Source: Eledone cirrhosa
Lineage: Eukaryota
Assembly: GCA_964016885.1 (NCBI GenBank)
Contig: OZ024746.1
Location: 26,474,001-26,538,000, forward strand
DNA length: 64,000 nucleotides
Direction: 5' to 3'
Shown here piece after piece: positions 49,501 through 64,000 of this stretch (positions are counted from its first letter, which is position 1; the number at the start of each line of letters is the position of its first letter). Both the position numbers and the translations under genes were made by a program. Below the pieces are notes generated by a model. It was not told the origin of the DNA. It saw only the letters and a list, made by a program, of their open reading frames with translations, and made no database searches.

Positions 49501-52003
49501 TTCAAGATTTGTAAGCCGTATATTTAGTTTGACTTAGTACAATATTTCTATGAGTGAACTACTTGAGTGTCTGGTTGATGTGTTAATGTTACTACAATAG
49601 AAATAATTACCTATAGGAAAATAATAATAGTATGGCACAGTTCATTACTGGTATCTTTGGATCAACACATCTATCAACAAATCTACCAACTAATCTATCA
49701 GATGTCACGATAAATCTCTGGTCAAAATATTTACCATTAATCACTTGTTTGTACACTTCTCTTTTATTTTAAACCTATTCATCGTGTTGGAGTTCTTCAG
49801 GTTGGTTCCTTCCAATCCTTTGGAACACATAATAATTGATTGTGTACACCTGTCTTCAGAGAATCTTGCAACAATTTAGTAATCACAATTCAATATATAT
49901 ATATATATATATAGTGACGAAACATAAGTCAATTGCATGAACTCATAATCCTTTATTTACTGCTATATATATTTCGATGATAGCCATTGAATGGCTATGA
50001 CCTCATCGGGCAGTTAGTCAGTTCTTAGATATGCCAGCTCTGTGTTTATAGTGTTGATGGTATCAGAGCCTTGGGACATATATATATATGGTAGGGGGGT
50101 GTAGGCATGATTCTCATGTTGAATACAGAAAATATGTATGCATCAGTCATGTAATAAGAAATGATACTAATAATTACTCCTGACAGAAATCTAAGAGAAA
50201 ACATTCAAGGAAAAAAGGTGTAGCTAATCAAAATGACTTCAGTACATCACAGGTGTTATTTTATTGATTTTCGATGATTTGAAATCAAACCTTAATGACA
50301 TAACTAATTAACGTGAATCTAACATCTAACCTAATGATAATTGTTTATATTAATATCATTTTTTGCATAGACACAATAGCACAAAGCATAATCTATTATA
50401 TCTATTTTGGTACAATATGCTATATTATCTATTATATCTATTTTGGTACAGTATGCTATATTATGTTCTCGTCATTATTATTGTTTGTGTCATGGCTTCA
50501 GTTTATGGTTTCTATGGCTTTAGTTTATGGTTTTTTTCATCAGAATCCAGCATATTTGGGGACAAATCAGTGTCAACCAGGACACATTAATAAGCCGGAT
50601 GGAATAACGTGACTGATCATACAAACTGAGGTAATCCCGGCCACAACAGGAAATACAGTCTGTCTATCCACATACATTTATACATATAAACTGATCTCCA
50701 TTCCTTTTACTGTAACACAACTAATATGTGGCTGGGTACTAATGTTAAACATTACTATTATTATTCGGATCCGGCTATCAGCTGAGTTTATCATAAAGAC
50801 TGCCCCACCGCCCTTTTTAACCAGGAACGGTAGGCAGTTTTTATCTGCCTAATGGCCATGGTGATAGAGATCATATGTTTTTAGGATTCACTTGAAAAGG
50901 AAAATCGGGGTGGAGAGGGAAGTGTTGATTTCCAGCCAGTTTATTGAAAGATGGGTGAGAGATGTAATAATGGCCCGTGTGAATGTGTCTGCCCTGAGCG
51001 TGTGCCTGTAGTACTGAAGGAAGACAATGCTTGCCTTAACAGTCTGGGTGACCTTGGCTTATGTAGGCTTTCTCCACATGTAACCATTGGAGTCTCCTCG
51101 CCTTTGGGGATTTATGTTTGTTGTTTTAAATGTTTATTGCTTTAATATCTGTTATAAATATTATTTTACACAAAAAAATCTACAAGAAAGCATTTGGGAG
51201 TACCGGTAGAGCGTAGAGTTAAGTCCCTTTACATTCTGAGTTCAATAATAAGTATGTGTGTGTGCGGGTGGGTGTGTGTGTGTGTCTGTGTGTGTGTGTG
51301 TGTGTGTGTGTCTGTGTGTGTGTGAATAAACAACCAGGATTAAATTAAATCATTTAATATTTTACGAATGATACATAAAAGAAAAGAATGAAACTAAATG
51401 TAGTTAAAATAGATGTTGATAAATGTAAAAGTTGGTGTTTACAAATGTTTAATTGTTCTTTTCAAGTGGCTTGGGAAATACACTATTGAGGCAATAATTT
51501 CTTCGTTATTTTGATAGATAGATTTATTTATTTTGATAGATAGTAACCGGATACTACTAATAAACTTACATTAATATATTGCCATTTATACATAATCAAT
51601 CATTAATTAATACACATTGTCTTCAATTAACAAAGTATTTATGACAAACTTATAAAATATGCAATATTTGAAAATATCGGATTGAAAATATGTAAAAATA
51701 TAGCCCCGACATAAAATTTTATGAGGAACATCAAATTAAGCCCTGTACTTAATCAGCCATTAAATTTATTCTTCTCAATATTTTACTAAACTTTTAGACA
51801 CATTCAATTTTTTCCAAACATCAGTTGTTAAAATGTTACCCAAACACACATGGTACTGTTTCGAAAATGACTTTTGAATTATATTTGTATACACAGATAA
51901 TTCAGACTTTACAAAATAAAGTGTTCAAAAACTATTTTTTTTTTTACTTTCTCTCTCTCATACTCTCACTCTCGACACAAACACATACATTCATGCAGAC
52001 ACA

Positions 52004-52132
<129 letters not shown>

Positions 52133-52312
52133 TAAGATCAAAAGATGGTTAAATGTGTTCCATGTATTTTATTATGCGCATTTCAAAGACAAATATCATC
52201 ATGCAATAACATTTGTGTTTTCATCAGATAAAATAGGAGGACATGATATGCAGGTTAAAAACACTTGTGGATAGTGCAGTTCTAATATCGTACTACAATA
52301 AAACTCACCTCC

Positions 52313-52380
<68 letters not shown>

Positions 52381-52416
52381 TTTACATATATATATTTATA
52401 TATATATATATACATT

Positions 52417-52475
<59 letters not shown>

Positions 52476-53084
52476 TAAAACCCAGATAGACCATAACCCA
52501 CCAGAGTACTTGATATTTGGGGTAGTAGAGTGGGTGACATAAAAAGATTCAGGACCCCGACGGCTGAACTCCGGCCGGTTCGACAGCTAGATCAAAACTA
52601 AAGCGCCAGTAGTCGTGATTAAGGAAGTGGTTTTTATACCGGCTCTCTCACATACCCACATATCTCCAGGATTCGTTTCTTGATATTGATTCAATGAAGA
52701 GACATCAGATCGTAAATTATCGCTGGGTTGATGCATTTTTGATCCTGCGGTCATGACTCCGATTATTTACAAGAACATTCAATTTACCAATTCATTTACT
52801 TCGGCACAGGTTGAAAGAGTTGTCCCTCCGGCCCACGAAACGTACGACTCTCGTATGGCGCCATTGTAGTAACAATAAATGTAGAAGAACAGATGTAGGC
52901 TTCAATAGATTTTGCTTTTGATATTTATACGGAAATATATTTAATGAAATAAGTCGACCGAATTCAACTTAACCACAGTGACAAATACCAAAATATAGAG
53001 ACCTGCAAAATTCTCATAAACATTTTCTCAAAATAAAATAGTTTCAAAGTTCAATTTACCTGCCATAGCTTCTCACACACACAC

Positions 53085-53153
<69 letters not shown>

Positions 53154-53311
53154 TGGAAAGTTATATTTAAATTGTTGGGTTACAACTACTAAATATTAAT
53201 AACTGATATAAAAGCACTCGACAAGTATTTGGAGTATATTTACGATATTAAATAAATGGAAACTATATTTATAAAACCGGTATGTCAAATCTATTTATCT
53301 ATAAAACTGTT

Positions 53312-53390
53312 TATATTGTATTTTGTCTGAGGAAGGCATAGCATATTGTTAATATGATATCCCTGAAATATATATAATGAAATAAATATG
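53312..53390 (+). ncRNA. Type I hammerhead ribozyme in the 5' pLTR
   Basis: CTGAGGA at 53327-53333. Stem II agg-c-ata-g-catatt/gtt/aatatg-a-tat-c-cct, then GAAA, palindromic TATATA minimal stem III and a UA cleavage site at 53375-53376. Stem I tatattgtattttgt/atgaaataaatatg. Confidence 0.85.
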
Positions 53391-53562
53391 GTTTTATAAA
53401 TATAGTTTCCATTTATTTAATATCGTAAATATACTCCAAATACTTGTCGAGTGCTTTTATATCAGTTATTAATATTTACTAGTTGTAACCCAACAATTTA
53501 AATATAACTTTCCATGTATCTTGCTCCAATACTGTTGAGCGCTTTATATTATAACTGAAAAG

Positions 53563-55777
53563 ATGGAATTCTTTAAGATTACTTCCTCTTTAAAAGACAT
53601 ACCTCTACCTAGAAACAAAGACTTTATAAAACAATTAATAGATAAATCTGACTCTTTTATAAGGAGAATCAGGTGGCGAGCATTCCACTTTGATAAATCT
53701 AATATAAATGAAAATGTCTCGGACTTAAACAAAGTTTTCAAATCTAAAAGAAATCCACCCCCTAACAAACTTTTATCTGACTTTGAAAACGATATAATTT
53801 CTATCATACAAGGGGTCAAATTCAAGAGAAACTTCAAAGGCCAGGAATATCTGAAAGCCATTAAGGATAATATTGAGAGCTTAGAGAAAACTGAGAAGAT
53901 CTTGGTGAAATCTGACAAGACCAACAACCTCTATGGAGTGCAGAAAGACATGTATAATGGCCTCATACTGAAGGAACTGAGGAAAAAGTACAAGGTAGCA
54001 GATAAGGCCGAGCTTGAGAAAATGAATGTCGAAGCATCTTGTATAATGCACGAGTTGGAAATTGAGAACAGAACACAACCTTTCGTGCCCAGGAAACCGA
54101 AGATCAATATGAAAGATCACAAGAGGAATTTTGAAAATGACTTGCCAGTTAGATTGATCGCACCATCAAAATCGGACCTGGGCAAATTAAGCAAAAACAT
54201 TCTTGACAGGGTGATACAGCAAATTAAGAACTTGGATTGTTTATCTAACCTGAGCTTGTGGAAGGGAACTGGAGAGGTTGTTGAGTGGTTTAAGCAAATT
54301 AAATATAACAATAATAATAAGTTTATTCAACTTGATATTGCTAACTATTATTCTTCTATTACCCCTAATCTACTAAATAAGGCACTAAATTACGCATTCA
54401 AACATACAGACCTAACTAGCAATGAAATGCATATTATATTATCGGCTAGGAAAACATTGATAGAATTTAATGACCAACTATGGACCAGAGCAGATAGAGA
54501 TAGCAATTTTGACATTACTATGGGATCATCCGACTCAGCTCAGGTAACTGACCTTGTGGGCTTATTTTTAATCAATTCGCTACATAGGAAAATACCTGGT
54601 ACTACCGGAGGTTTATATAAAGATGACATGCTTTTACTTATTGATAATAATAACTCTGAACTAAATAGAAAATGTAAACAAATTACACAATTTTTTAATT
54701 ACTTTAATCTTAAAATAGAAATTGAGAACAACCATAGAATAGTCAATTTCCTAGATATAACATTAAATCTCAACACATGTCTTCACTATCCTTTTCACAA
54801 GTTGAATGAAAACTTAAACTATGTCAGCTTTAACTCTAACCACCCCAGATCTGTCAAAAACACTATAGTAAACTCTGTTCAAAAACGTATCTCTAGAATC
54901 TCGTCTAATAGAAAGATTTTCGACGAAAAAGCCCAGTACTACAATGAAGCGTTAGCTAGAGCAGGATATACTGATAAGATTAGTTTCATAGATAATGATA
55001 GACAAACTAAACAAAATAACAACTATTTTAATTACGGCAACAACCTTAACAACTATAATAGAAAGCATTACAATAATTCCAAGGGCCAAAAAAGAAATAG
55101 AACTAGGAACATAATTTGGTTTGCCCCCCCCTTTCTCACTAAACATTAAAACCCACATCGCTAAACTATTTTTTAAAGCTCTTGATAATCGCTTCCCTAG
55201 AACACATAGGTATCACTCAATTTTCAATAGACATACTATAAAATTAACCTACTCATCCACCAAAAATTTAGCACAAAATATTAATAGAATAAATAATAGG
55301 AACTTAAAACCTAGTGATAATAGCATAAATAATATACAAGTTAACAAATGTAACTGTAGAGATAGATCTAAATGTCCGTTAAATAACAACTGCTTAGTTA
55401 AAAATATAGTATACAATTGTAATGTTAAAACTGATTCTAATTCTTTTAACTACGTCGGTTCCACATCGACGGAATTTAAACTTCGCTATAATAACCACAA
55501 GAATTCTTTCACAGATCCAAGCAAAAAATCTTCAACGGCACTATCAGGCGTACTCTGGCAACTTAAGTTAGATAACGTTAGATATTCGACGGCTTGGAAT
55601 ATAGTCTCAAGAGGGATTCCTTTTAATTCATCCTCTGAGACATGTGACCTCTGCGCAGAGGAGATATTCTTTATACTAAAATCTAAAAATTCCCTTAATC
55701 TACGGACAAATTTATTCAGTTGCTGCAAACATAGATTAAACTCAACTTTTAAATATAAATTTAAATTTAAAATGTAG
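53563..55777 (+). CDS. Penelope RT/GIY-YIG endonuclease polyprotein with one frameshift in a C8 run at ~55124-55131
   Basis: KSDKT, VRLI, QLDIANYYSSI, MGS..SAQV, GLYKDD, NFLDITL, SNHP motifs. Second frame has CNC..CPL...C, IVY...YVGST..FKLRYNNH, CDLC, CKH. Removing one C restores WFAPPFSLNIKT. Confidence 0.92.
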
Positions 55778-56221
55778 TATATTTAGTTTGATTTATAATT
55801 ATTTGGGAAACTAGCCGATAAATCTTTCGATTTCTTCTTTTTATTCTTCTTTTTATTTTTATTTTTATTTTTATTTAAACATTCTTCATGAAAAATTAAA
55901 CTACCCTAAAAGTTGATGCTCCAAATATTTCGAATAAACGTTACACTAGATAAACTTCTATATTAAATATAAGAACACATGTAGACCAAATGGCATCCTA
56001 AACTTTTTGAAATGATTTTTGCTAGATGCGATTTGATAAATAATTTTTAGCTTTATCTGTTTTCGACTCTGATGCTTATAATGAACTTGGCAATATATTG
56101 TCAATTAATTTTGAAGGGTTGATCTTTGTGGTTTATTTTTATTATTGTAGTATTTTCTAATATTTTTATTTTTAATATGTAATATTTTTTCGTAATATTT
56201 TTTAGTTTTCTATTTTATTAT

Positions 56222-56254
<33 letters not shown>

Positions 56255-57107
56255 GTTGTTTTTTGGTTTTTGTTTCTGATATATTTTTTATTAATATATT
56301 GAAATCTGCTCTCTATTTCTGCATGATAGATAATCTTGTAGAGTAAAGACAAGAATAGTAGTAATATAGACTCTATATATATATGTGTATATATATACAC
56401 ATATGTGTATACTTAAATTTTTATAGCACAATGAGAATGTTTTCCGTGTGAACTTAGGGTTTGCAGAGTTGATCATGTAAATTCACATCGATGTTTGTAG
56501 TTATCATATAAACATATGAATTTTTTTAAAACTAAACATAAGATCATTACTTTTCACACATTATGGATACGTGTCTCATTCAGGAATACTGATATTTTCA
56601 ATAGAGTGCCTGGTTTTTATACATATTAATACTTCTACATTAAAACATAGGGTTTTTATGCCTCGCCTATGTCTGGTTACTTTTCATTTTTCTCTCTATA
56701 TAACAGCTGGTTTCTCTCCTAACCACATATATCTCCCTTACATTAATACTAGAGCTAAATAAATAAATAAATAAATAAATGTATCATTGATACGTTTACT
56801 CAACGGATGTCCAACTACATATTTTTCTATATATATATCTATCTCTATCTATTTCCTCTCTCTATATATATCTCTCTCTGTTTCTTTACATGAAGTTCTT
56901 CTTTTTATCTATCTTTCCATCTCTCTATTTTGTTCCATGCATTTCTTCTTTTTCTTCTTTTTCTTCGTTTTCTGTCTTTCTTTCCTTTTTTTTTTTTTTT
57001 TCTCTATTTCTTTCTCTCTGTTTACAATTTTTTCACTGCCAATTCAACTTTTCAAATACAAGTCGATGTTGCACGGTATGTCAAATCTATTTATCTATAA
57101 AACTGTT

Positions 57108-57186
57108 TATATTGTATTTTGTCTGAGGAAGGCATAGCATATTGTTAATATGATATCCCTGAAATATATATAATGAAATAAATATG
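57108..57186 (+). ncRNA. Type I hammerhead ribozyme in the 3' pLTR
   Basis: Identical copy of 53312-53390. Confidence 0.85.
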
Positions 57187-57228
57187 GTTTTATAAATATA
57201 GTTTCCATTTATTTAATATCGTATATAT

Positions 57229-57303
<75 letters not shown>

Positions 57304-57306
<3 letters not shown>

Positions 57307-57988
57307 CAGGTAAATGACCCATTCCCGATCGTGTACTTATTTAATTGTAAGATGTCTTTCTTCACATATTTTCCCATTTATCCAATGATTATTCTTCAGT
57401 ATCTTCTCTTTCTTTTCTTTTAATTATTCTATTTTAACTATCTATGTGTGTTGTAGGAGAAATTTTCACAGTTGGGGAGGTGACATTCAGTGTTCTACAA
57501 TCATGTAGTTGCTGCTAAATGAGAGTTTACAATATTCTTTGTTTATTTTTGTAGTAATTGGGAAATTCCTACACTATAACCATATCTATAGTCTAATGCT
57601 CTCCATAACTGACCATCTCTTCATCAATTTAGCTATTATTTATCTTGAAATTCATTATGAAATCTGTCTATAAATTTATTTACACAGGGGCGTATGATTT
57701 CGCGAAGATTTAGTTCCTGCTTCTGTGTAGAAATCCCCAATATACCTAATTTAAATATTTATCACTGATCCAGAATGTAATTATTCTCTTAAAATATAAT
57801 AAAATATTTCTGGTTTTAATTACTGATGAAGTTTAAATATTTCCTTGTTTAATTAATAGAATCTTTAAACCTTTTTTTCTCCACCAGATTGGTAATATAC
57901 ATTGGTTTTATACATCTCAACATGGATGACATTGATATATATTCTTTTATTTTCAGATATTCCAGTTGTTTTCAAAAGTATAAAACAA
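57304..57988 (+). pseudogene. Deleted remnant of copy A
   Basis: Same structure as 17724-18407 including the TAA stop. Confidence 0.85.
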
Positions 57989-60900
57989 GTAATACCCTCA
58001 GCGCCCCCAATCCTATTTCCAGAGAGACCTGCCTACACGCAAATTGTAAATAATATATAACAAATAAATAGTTAATTTTTATATAATAAAATAATGTAAT
58101 ATATTCTATGTATAAATAAATATTATATATTTTATATTTTACTATATTGATATATAATATTGTTATACTTGGGGAGGGTCATATTTGTGTAATATTGCCA
58201 GAATTAATAATAGAACACACTTACTGTTGGGTTGGTTTTCGCTTTTCACTTCTGTGTCTTTTATATCGGTAATCTAATTTATTCGGTCCTCAATGTTGCC
58301 ATTCACTGCCCAACGGTCAAAAATAATACAGATACAATATAGACACAAACACATATATATAGTTTATCAAAGTTCTTTCGTTGTACATCTTTAACATCGT
58401 CAGTGGTGCTATTGTTTCCTCCCGTTACATTCTATTTTCTACGCCATCTTCATTTAGTCTGTTTATATATTTATTTATTTGTTTATTTTATTTTGACTTC
58501 TTTGCGCATGCGTTTGCGTGTGTGTATAGTGTTTTGTTTGATGTGTGTTCGTGATTGGGTGACTGTGTATTGGTTAATGTATTCTATCTTTACTAGTGTG
58601 TGTTTATATGTGTTTGTTGTTATTGTTGTCTATGTTACCGTCGTGTTGTCTGGCATGTTCGTATAGTACTGACCCGTTTTTTCGTCCTTTTAGTTCCCCC
58701 AGTGTTGGTCTATCCTTTCACCTGTGCTACGAGCTGTCTCTCCTATGTATGTTGCTGTCATGTTTCTGCAAGTACCCTCTGTACATCTTATGCTATAGAC
58801 TACGTTTCTAGTTTTACAATTTATCCGTATAAATTTTATATTTTATATTTTATATTTTATATCTTATATTTTATATTTTATATTTTATATTTTATATTTA
58901 ATATACTATTATATCATCTCTATCGTCCCCTTAGGCTGAAGCACCCCAGGACCTTCTCGACGCTCCCGGGGTGGGGGCGTTAGCGTCCACTTTAAGAACC
59001 TTTGGTTTATGCGGTGGCATTTTTCCTCTGGTCAGTTCCCCATAAAATAACCGTTTAGGAAGCCCTTCATCTTCCATCCTGCCCAAATAACCAGCCCAAT
59101 GCATCTAGCTCATTATAATCCTTATCTCAATACTGGTGCTACCCGCTTTTCCGGTACAGCAGTATCAGATGTGTAAGAGGACCACTTGATGTTCAGTAAG
59201 CGTGGGATACAAGATAAATCACAATGAGTGGATTGATGATAATGATGTTGCAATCACCAAGCCTAGTGAAGAGAAAAATAACTTGTATTGAAGTGTCTTG
59301 TTGCAGATGGTCCAGTGATGATCACTTTTGAGAAGACCTTCAAAGAAACAAAGTCAAAACTGCCATATAAATTTCTAAGAATGAAGAATAAATTATGGTC
59401 TGAAGTTTCAGCCGAGATTCAGAAAGATTATAACTGCAGAGAATTACAGCACAATAAGTTAAGCTTTTGGCTCAGCGCACTAAAACATGGCACCATTGAA
59501 GTAAAGAGATGGGAAAGCCCTCATCAAAGAGATGGACACAATGAAACTCTAGATTTTGATGGAATACCTGTTGAGCTGATCCGCTTTCGAGGTGACAATG
59601 TTGCTATGGCCATTCATAGACTAGTCTCATCAGTTTGGCATTGTGAGCCTATCCCGCAAGGCTGGGTAGATGCAATTTTGCTCTTGATTTACAATGGCAA
59701 GAGCTCCAAGTTTAAATGCGGTGGTTATCGTAGTATAAGTCTGTTCGATTCGGAAGGGAATGTTGTATCCAAGGTCTTGCTGAATCGTCTAAATGGATCT
59801 GTCCTGGGGCCATCCCTGATAGCCAGGAACTAGGCGGAGTACTGTGGACAGGATTTTTGCAGTCCATTAGCTTATGGAGTGCGTTGAGCAGCAAGTGTCA
59901 GTGTACAAAGTATTCGTGAACTTTATCAAAGCCTTTGATACTGTTAATCGTAGTACATTGTGAATCATATTGGGGAAATTTGGATGCCGTCATGAATTTG
60001 TTGGAATATGCAAAAAATTCCATCAAAATATGAAAACAAAAGTGAACTTCAACGGGACACTTTCAGAGCCAATTTCAATGGCAAACGGTGTCTAGCAAGG
60101 TGGCATTCCTGCACCCACTCTGTTTACCATCAATCACCATATCTTTCTTAATCGGGTGAAATATTCTCTGGTTACGCGTTCCTTGTCACCGATACCATCA
60201 TAGGATATATTCTCATCTATCCCTAGGTATCTGTAGCAGTTCTTGTCAGATATCGGTGAAACAATTAAGCTATTGATAAAAATGTTGCTAGATTGGCTTG
60301 TAGTTTTTCCCCGTTTTACAATCACATATGAACATTTAGGCTAAATTCCATTCCTATATCCTTTGAGAATGCCGTAACCAGGTCAAGATTTTTCTTCATC
60401 TCATTTATCTTTTTGGCATAGAGTTTCAGGTCATCCACAAAGAAATTATCGGTTAGGTTCCTATTTCTCTCCTCCTGGGAACCAATTATGTATCCTTCAC
60501 ATTTCTTGAGCAGAAAGGACAAGGGGTTTAATTACAGAATAAATAGTAACACAAAGAGAATATACTCCTGTGATATTATATTTCATCCGTGAAAATAGCA
60601 TCCTTCTCCTCTGTTTTTAACTTTAGGATAGTAGCCCAAGAAGAAGATAGGTTCTCTATGGCTCTGATAATAGTATCTGGGACTATCATCCAAGAGTGGG
60701 GAACAGAACTTTCCTGTAGTCCAGCCAGACTGTAACCACATTCTTGCTAAGTTGTTGCATCTCTCATTCCAGCTGCTTGCTCATCTGTTATGATGTTATT
60801 ATTGTCGCAGGGATTTTGGAGAAATAGGTTCAAGCAGGCTGCATACATTTTATACATTAGATTCTGGCATGCAACGTGTGGGTAGTTATTTTTTTAAATT

Positions 60901-62128
60901 CCAAATGGGTGTCTTTGGAAACCAATATTGTTTGTGTTAATGTCAACACCCCTGGTATATGTGCATCTCCCAGGTGGGCTTTCTGGTAGAGGCTGATCAT
61001 ATACATCCGATAGAATGTCAGTTTTTTTTACAAGTAGCCAATAATCAAGTCTCTTCCTGCTGTTTTATTAGCTTGGGGGTTTCCTATCACAGTCTGAAGG
61101 GTATCATCATTTAATCTGTATGGATTTGTTGCAGTGTAGGGACAGTAGTTCTTTTATACTTATAGGTGAAACTAGGACCAATACAACCGAATTAAGCTGA
61201 GGTAATGGTAATTCAAACAATTTAATTTTAATGATACTTCCAAAACTGGCTCCTTGTCTCATTAGAATTAAAACTGCTAGATCAGCAGTAGGAAATATTT
61301 TTATGCCGGTATACACACTTAGAAATTAACTGACATTCAATGAAGCCACAATTTGAAAAACATATAGTCCCGCTAAAGTTCAAGCCTTTGGAAATATATA
61401 ATTTCGAATGTAGTTGTTACTTTTCGTAACAATCATAATAAATTGAACAGATTAACGTTCAATATAATGAAATCAGCAAGAACGTTCTGCTTCTTTCAGT
61501 TGGCAGTAAATATTATTTTGGAAAGTTCGATATAAATATCTCAACCCTGTGTCAGAGTTTTTTCATGTTTGCCAGACCATCACCAATATTGTTATAGCGA
61601 AGTTTATTGTGAAATAAACCTTCAATCATATACTGTATATGATATACATTTCAAAGTATATTATATATATAATATGAATACATTACACATTATAATAAAT
61701 TGTAAACAAACGAAAGTAAGGTTTAAAAAAGTCAAACGTAATATAAATTCAATATCTTTAATGTTTCAATAAAAAAAATATAAATATAAAAAGTTTATAT
61801 AACAAATAATTATCTAAAATATAGATATATATTTTACAGTTCCAGTTTGGTGTTATCAATAATACCATGTTAGTAGGATTCTAAATTTTAAAAAATATTA
61901 CATAATATTACATAGGATATAAATGTAGAGTTCTCTGTTATATATCAAGCATTACAGAGAAATTAGATAAAATATTCATATTTCTTAGAAAATATATTTA
62001 CAAAATTACAACAGTATTGTTGAGAATTGAAGCTGAAACACTTCTACATATTTATAACGATACACTTGTATCTGGGTGTCTAACTGACAGGGGTACCAAG
62101 GAATATTATAGATTGAGCATTAGATATT

Positions 62129-63242
62129 TCACATGTATGATTTAAGTATTTGTTGAATATGGTTTATATGTTCAAGAAGAGTATGTAGTGTAACCATGGT
62201 AAACCATCGATGTTCAATGATTGGAATATCTGTTGGTACAAAGAGACTCTCATTCACATCCTCATTGTTTTGGACTTTCGAAGACAACTGAAATATCTGA
62301 AAATAAAAGGATATATATCAGGTTAAAATATACTCATATAATCTTACATATATATGTATATACAGATATGCTATTAACGCTCTTACGTTAGTTTGAGCTT
62401 TATACTTTATACATATGTATTATCAAAGAATTTGCATTACTTAAATGTTAGTAGTATAACTCCTATATAAAGTATCTACTGTAGAAACTTCATTTCATTA
62501 TAGGAAATATCAAATCAATTAACAATGGATATATTATATTATCAATACTTACTGGTAAACTTAGTAGAATTTTCAGATCAAATAAGTAATAAACAGTCTG
62601 TCTTAGATAACAATAGAATATAGCATCTGATGTTCGTGTGAGTTTAGAACAAGCAGCTGGGTAGTAACACTGTGCTCCTATACGTGTGGCAGGAGCACAC
62701 AGATTGTCATATTCTCTCTTCACCTGATTCTTCATCACAACAACATATTTATTAAGAGTTGTAGACATGTTGAACAGAGACATCTGTAATGAAGAATTGT
62801 GAGAAATTATATATTTCAGAATCACTGTCATTTCTATAAAATGTATTATGAGTTCATGAGACAATAAACATAAGATGTTCAAAGTTAATATATTGTTTTG
62901 TCTTAATTTTATGATATTGTGCTAATGATAGAAATATATATATACAAACCTTTAATAAATCAATGTTGTTGACGGTGATATTGTCCTGAATATTCATCTG
63001 TGGAAATTTAACATCCATATTGTGGAGTAACTTGTTTATAAATTGTGGACAGCTTTTAGCAAACAGCAATGGAGCATTGTTACACTGTAGAAAAATATAT
63101 AACACTTTATGAGATAGGATGGAGAGTCTGACACATGATATATGGAACAAATTATTTTAATTTAGATTATACTAATATATCTATTATAAATATTCATCTG
63201 AGTGAGAAAGTCAGAGTGATAGAGACAGAGAGAGTGAGAGAA

Positions 63243-63327
<85 letters not shown>

Positions 63328-63606
63328 AATTGATAAAGATAGAAAAATAAAGAGAGAAAGAGAGAGAGTAAGAGAGATATAGTAAGAAAAGATTGGGAAA
63401 AGTAATGAATTCTTAACTTACATAATTAATCAAAGTATTGTTTACGGCTGCTGTGGTTCTTTTTGTTAACGTCAATGCCGTATCTATTTCAGTTTTTATA
63501 TCAGATATATCAGATAATTCAGTTGTTGTTGTTGTAGATTGTATAGGTAATCCATGGATCAATGTCATCCATGTTGAGAGACATAAAACCAATGTATATT
63601 GCCAAT
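62129..63606 (-). CDS. Cytokine-like gene copy F, 5'-partial. Exons 63606-63422, 63084-62950, 62783-62553, 62296-62129; distal exon 1 lies beyond the window
   Basis: Same exons, open frames and intact splice sites. Confidence 0.75.
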
Positions 63607-64000
63607 CTGGAGGAGAAAAAAAGGTATAAAGATTTTATTAATTAAACAAGGAAATATTTAAACTTTATCAGTAATTAATACGAGAAATATTTTATTATAT
63701 TTTAAGAGAAGAATTAGATTCTGGAACATTGATGAATATTTAAATTAGGAATATTGGGGATTTCTACACAGAAGCAGGAACTAAATCTTCGCGAAATCAT
63801 ACCCCACTGTGTAAATAAAATTATAGACAAATTTCATAATGAATTTCAAGATAATCAATAACTAAATTGATGGCGAGATGCTTAGTTATGGAGAGCCTTA
63901 GACTATAGTATGGTTGTAGTGTACTACAAAAATAAACAAACAATATTATAAACTCTCATTTAGCAGCAACTATATGGTTGTAGAACACTGAATGTCACCT

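Larger units (their letters stand above)
53153..57223 (+). mobile_element. Penelope-like retroelement, near full length, possibly Naiad-type, inserted in (TA)n
   Basis: RT + GIY-YIG ORF. Direct pseudo-LTR 53278-53427 = 57074-57223. Inverted 5' pLTR piece 53153-53278 versus 53390-53515. Empty site is the (TA)n at ~17533-17724. Confidence 0.93.
57304..64000. repeat. Tandem segmental unit 5 (partial)
   Basis: Collinear copy cut by the window end. Confidence 0.9.

Noticed and set aside
53544-54311. Minus-strand ORFs within the Penelope element
   Set aside because: Antisense shadows of the RT ORF with no recognisable motifs.
53563-55777. Selenoprotein recoding or programmed frameshift in the Penelope ORF
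   Set aside because: There is no in-frame UGA in the reconstructed ORF. The break is best explained by one extra C in a homopolymer.

Overview
AT-rich, microsatellite-rich eukaryotic DNA, probably from an octopus or other coleoid (inferred from SINE sequence). The window is a young tandem segmental array of about five 11-16 kb units, with an inverted arm at the left end. The ORF track hides the main gene because it is spliced. Joining GT-AG exons by hand gives a 5-exon gene (intron phases 1,0,0,0) for a secreted ~250-263 aa protein with four long amphipathic helices and an IL-6-like Cys pair/AB loop. It is a candidate long-chain class I helical (IL-6/Unpaired-like) cytokine. There are six near-identical copies (one +, five -) and four internally deleted pseudogene remnants. 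The units also carry decayed RTE and R4/Dong-like LINE pieces, a hAT MITE, SINE fragments and a 26-bp minisatellite of very variable length. One unit has a near-intact Penelope-like retroelement (RT + GIY-YIG) with hammerhead-ribozyme pseudo-LTRs inserted in a (TA)n tract. Gene models are manual and have no transcript or database support.
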